64,000 nt of DNA from Antedon mediterranea. Lineage: Eukaryota; Animalia; Echinodermata. The position numbers were made by a program, and so were the translations under genes. Each line of letters starts with the position of its first letter. The first letter of the stretch is position 1. The stretch covers positions 20,159,045-20,223,044 of the forward strand of contig NC_092680.1 of assembly GCF_964355755.1 (NCBI RefSeq), read 5' to 3'. Shown piece after piece: positions 61,160 to 64,000 of this stretch. Below the pieces are notes generated by a model. That model worked only from the letters and a program-made list of their open reading frames with translations, was not told the DNA's origin and searched no databases.

Positions 61160-64000
61160 TTTTCTAGAAAAAAGTAGAGCTAATTACTAAAAAATGTTAA
61201 CCATGCCTTGTTCAGTAAATACCAACCTTATCTAACCTTGAGAAGCTAGCCGAGGCTAAGTTGATCTATTGATATACTATTTATATCTATTAGAATACAT
61301 TGATTATTGATACGTTGGAAACCGTTGCCCTGTTTGGTTAATCTAACAGGGCAAAAATACCGTTAGACTAGAGAACTAGTTGTTGGATTCGTTGCAAATC
61401 GTTGCCTCGTCTACGCACGAGGCAAAAATTTTTTCACATACCGGGACTGTTCACCGGCATTGTGTAGCAATTCTTAGAATCAGTCAGGCGTATCCACTGT
61501 TTCATGGTACGTTAGATACTCTGTTAGGTGTGTGTTTGTGTGCTTTGTTTAGGCGTTCTTTGTCATCATGCCAAAACAAGAATGCATCCAGTGCAGGGGC
61601 CCACGAGCAACACTTAAGTGGGACCGCCACATGCGGTGCGTTAGCTGCCGCACGTGCAGCCAGTCAGATCCGTGCGAAGTTTGCGTACGCTGGACGCCTG
61701 CTAAGTTTGCATCGCTTCCACGTCCCGCGGGATGTGCTATTGAAGAGAAAGCAGTTGATATCGCACCTCAGGAGGAAGGCGCAACTGTAATGGACGTTCC
61801 GGCTGAGAACGTACCACGCGCGGAGGTGCCTGTTGTACTCGCAGCTCCCGCGCATGAGGCAGAGGTCGGTTCTGCGTCTGTTCCCGCTGCGGCCGCGGGT
61901 TTCCCGGATACTGAGGTATCTCCTGCGATTACTCAAGCCATCGCGGCAGCGGTGAGGGCTGCACCACGGGACGAGCCCGCGGTGTTCCCTCAACCACGCC
62001 CTCCTATTCCATATTATCCGGTGCCTCCACCTCAGACGCCACTGCCGTATTCTGAGGGACCCTCAATGGAGGAGGGATACTCGAGCGACCGTACTATGCT
62101 CACGATCTCCGATGAGGAGAGAGCCACGCAGTTGCGGAGGCCCGGCGAGGAGGGGCTACAGGCGCTGGTTAATAAGATTCTTCCGGCGGTATTGGAATAT
62201 CTAGGCATCGAATACGCTTTTCGCGAACCGAAGCCAACTCCATCTACAAAACGTTTCTCGACGTTTGGGGTACGTACGCCTCTCTGTAAGGTTACAACGT
62301 GCCCAGTCGTTCCTCTCGACCCGGAGCTGGTCGATCGCGTGGACGCTATCGCGCGCGAGGCCAGTACGCGTAGACCGGCGCCGAACATTCTTTCATGCGC
62401 TTTTCCGGTACCTAGAGCTCAATTCGATAGGTACATTGTTGCGCCAGGCGTGCCTGATGCCGCCAAGGACCGGGTTCGGGAGGACCAAGGATTAGAAGCG
62501 GGAAAGACTACTTACCTTGCTCCGACGGCCGCGAAGACAGAAGATACGCTCCTCACGATCGATAGAGCGGCCCGCGAGACACTTCGAGTAACATCCGTCT
62601 CCGGCTACTTGCTGTCGTTTTTGGCCGATCCGGACCACCCGCAGGAGTTCGATACAGAGGTCATTGCGCTGCTGCAACAGATCACGGGGCTAATTGCCGA
62701 CCAGCAGGCGTTTGTATCTTTAACTTCTGCCGCCGCGCGTCGTATCAACGTACTGCAAAGTACTGATATCGCGCCAGCGCATTATCGCAGGTTTACGGCT
62801 TCTGAGTCCCTCGGGGCGAAGGACTTGTTTTTTGGTAGTTGCGCCCAAAAAGAGGACAAATGGGCACGCGAGAGGGAGGCCCGTCGGGAAACGCTAGCCG
62901 CGGCCGCTCGGGTCCGTCCAGGCCACCGCCCCCTCTCCCAGCTCCGGTACCGCCGCAGCCGTCGAATGTCCCACCGGCGCGGCCTGATATGCAGGCTTTT
63001 ACATCTCGCGCGCGCACCCCATACGGCAACAACAACTACCGATATGGCCGGACTGCACGAGGCAGGACCGGACGGTCTGACCCTACCCAAAAGAGTGGTA
63101 GGCGTCCGGGTGCGTTCGCGCGCCGTCGGTGACGCGTTCGATGCGCCCGTCCCCCCGAGCGACGGGCAGGTGGGGGGTCGCCTAAGACGGTTCGCCCGAG
63201 TGTGGGAGACCCTGTCGGAGGACAGGTGGGTTCTCTCCACAATCAAAAACGGATATTCCATCGAATTCACGTGCCCCCAGGTGAGCGGGGGCGCTCGGTC
63301 GACGAGGATTCCTCCAGAGCCACACAGACGTGCGCTCCTGGACGGCCTCTCCACCCTGCTCCAAAAAGGAGCAGTGGAGGAAATCGACGCTCGATGTACT
63401 GTCTCAGGGCACGAGTCCACCGTCTTCTTAACAGAAAAAAAGACAGGCGACTGGCGACCCATCCTAAATTTAAGGAGTCTAAACAAGCGGTTCATTCATC
63501 TCCAGAGGTTTCGGATGGAGACAATCTCATCCATCCTACTGGGTTTAAAACATGGAGACTGGGCAGCCTCGATAGACCTGAAAGATGCTTACTTTCACGT
63601 TCCTATCGCAGAGGCAGATCAACGTTGGCTACGTTTCAGAATCCTCGACCATCTGTACCAATTCGTCGCCCTGCCGTTCGGCCTATCGACGGCACCGCGC
63701 GTGTTTACACGCATAGTCAGAACGCTGGCGTCGTTCTTCCACAAACATGGCATAAGAGTGTTCATGTACCTCGACGATTGGTTGGTCGTGGCCCAGTCCA
63801 AGGACAGACTGATGAGCAGTCTACAATATGTCCTTCTCGTAACGGAACAGGCAGGTTTCATTGTCAATCGGGAGAAGTCGTGCCTGGTGCCGACACAATC
63901 CCCGTTATACCTCGGAGCACTGTCCCGACAAACACTATGTCCTACGGAATGGCGCCTTCTACCCAGCATCGCCGCACTGATATTCGACCACTTCGGGCGG
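61160..64000 (+). mobile_element. DIRS-like tyrosine-recombinase retrotransposon, 5' part (left boundary approximate)
   Basis: Abrupt rise in GC content. An ORF from ATG 61568 stays open to the window end: Gag Zn-finger CIQC...DRHMRCVSC...CEVC..W, then VGGRLRRFARVW, WRPILNL, IDLKDAYFHVPI, LPFGLSTAPRVFT and YLDDWL. Confidence 0.9.

Noticed and set aside
61380-63969. Several 60-237 aa ORFs on both strands in the GC-rich end
   Set aside because: Shadow ORFs of the DIRS gag/RT frame, except 62839-63132, which is discussed as the probable original Gag tail.

Overview
AT-rich, intron-containing animal genomic DNA, probably from a marine invertebrate (inferred from the gene set and the SINE/TE types; not provable from sequence alone). 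Left to right: 3' exons of PPM1G (+); an unannotated spliced gene on the - strand that joins about two RCC1 blades in frame to a BEN domain; intronless SF3B5 (+); nine-exon PPIE/cyclophilin E (+) with a U12-type intron and an antisense Ig gene nested in intron 4; a - strand cluster of six essentially intronless Ig-domain membrane-receptor genes and pseudogenes (15.4-37.9 kb) showing mosaicism and birth-and-death evolution, one split by two oppositely oriented copies of the same transposon; an L2 fragment; a five-exon HMBOX1/HNF-class homeobox gene (-); two coding exons of an unidentified SP[K/R]-rich gene (+); and a DIRS retrotransposon running off the right edge. Many non-autonomous DNA transposons with visible TIRs/TSDs, three probable P-element excision footprints, SINEs and a Penelope-type hammerhead ribozyme are also present. 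The best candidates for new biology are the RCC1-BEN chimera and the Ig receptor cluster. Exon structures were derived by hand from splice signals and frame continuity, and homologies are from memory, not database searches.
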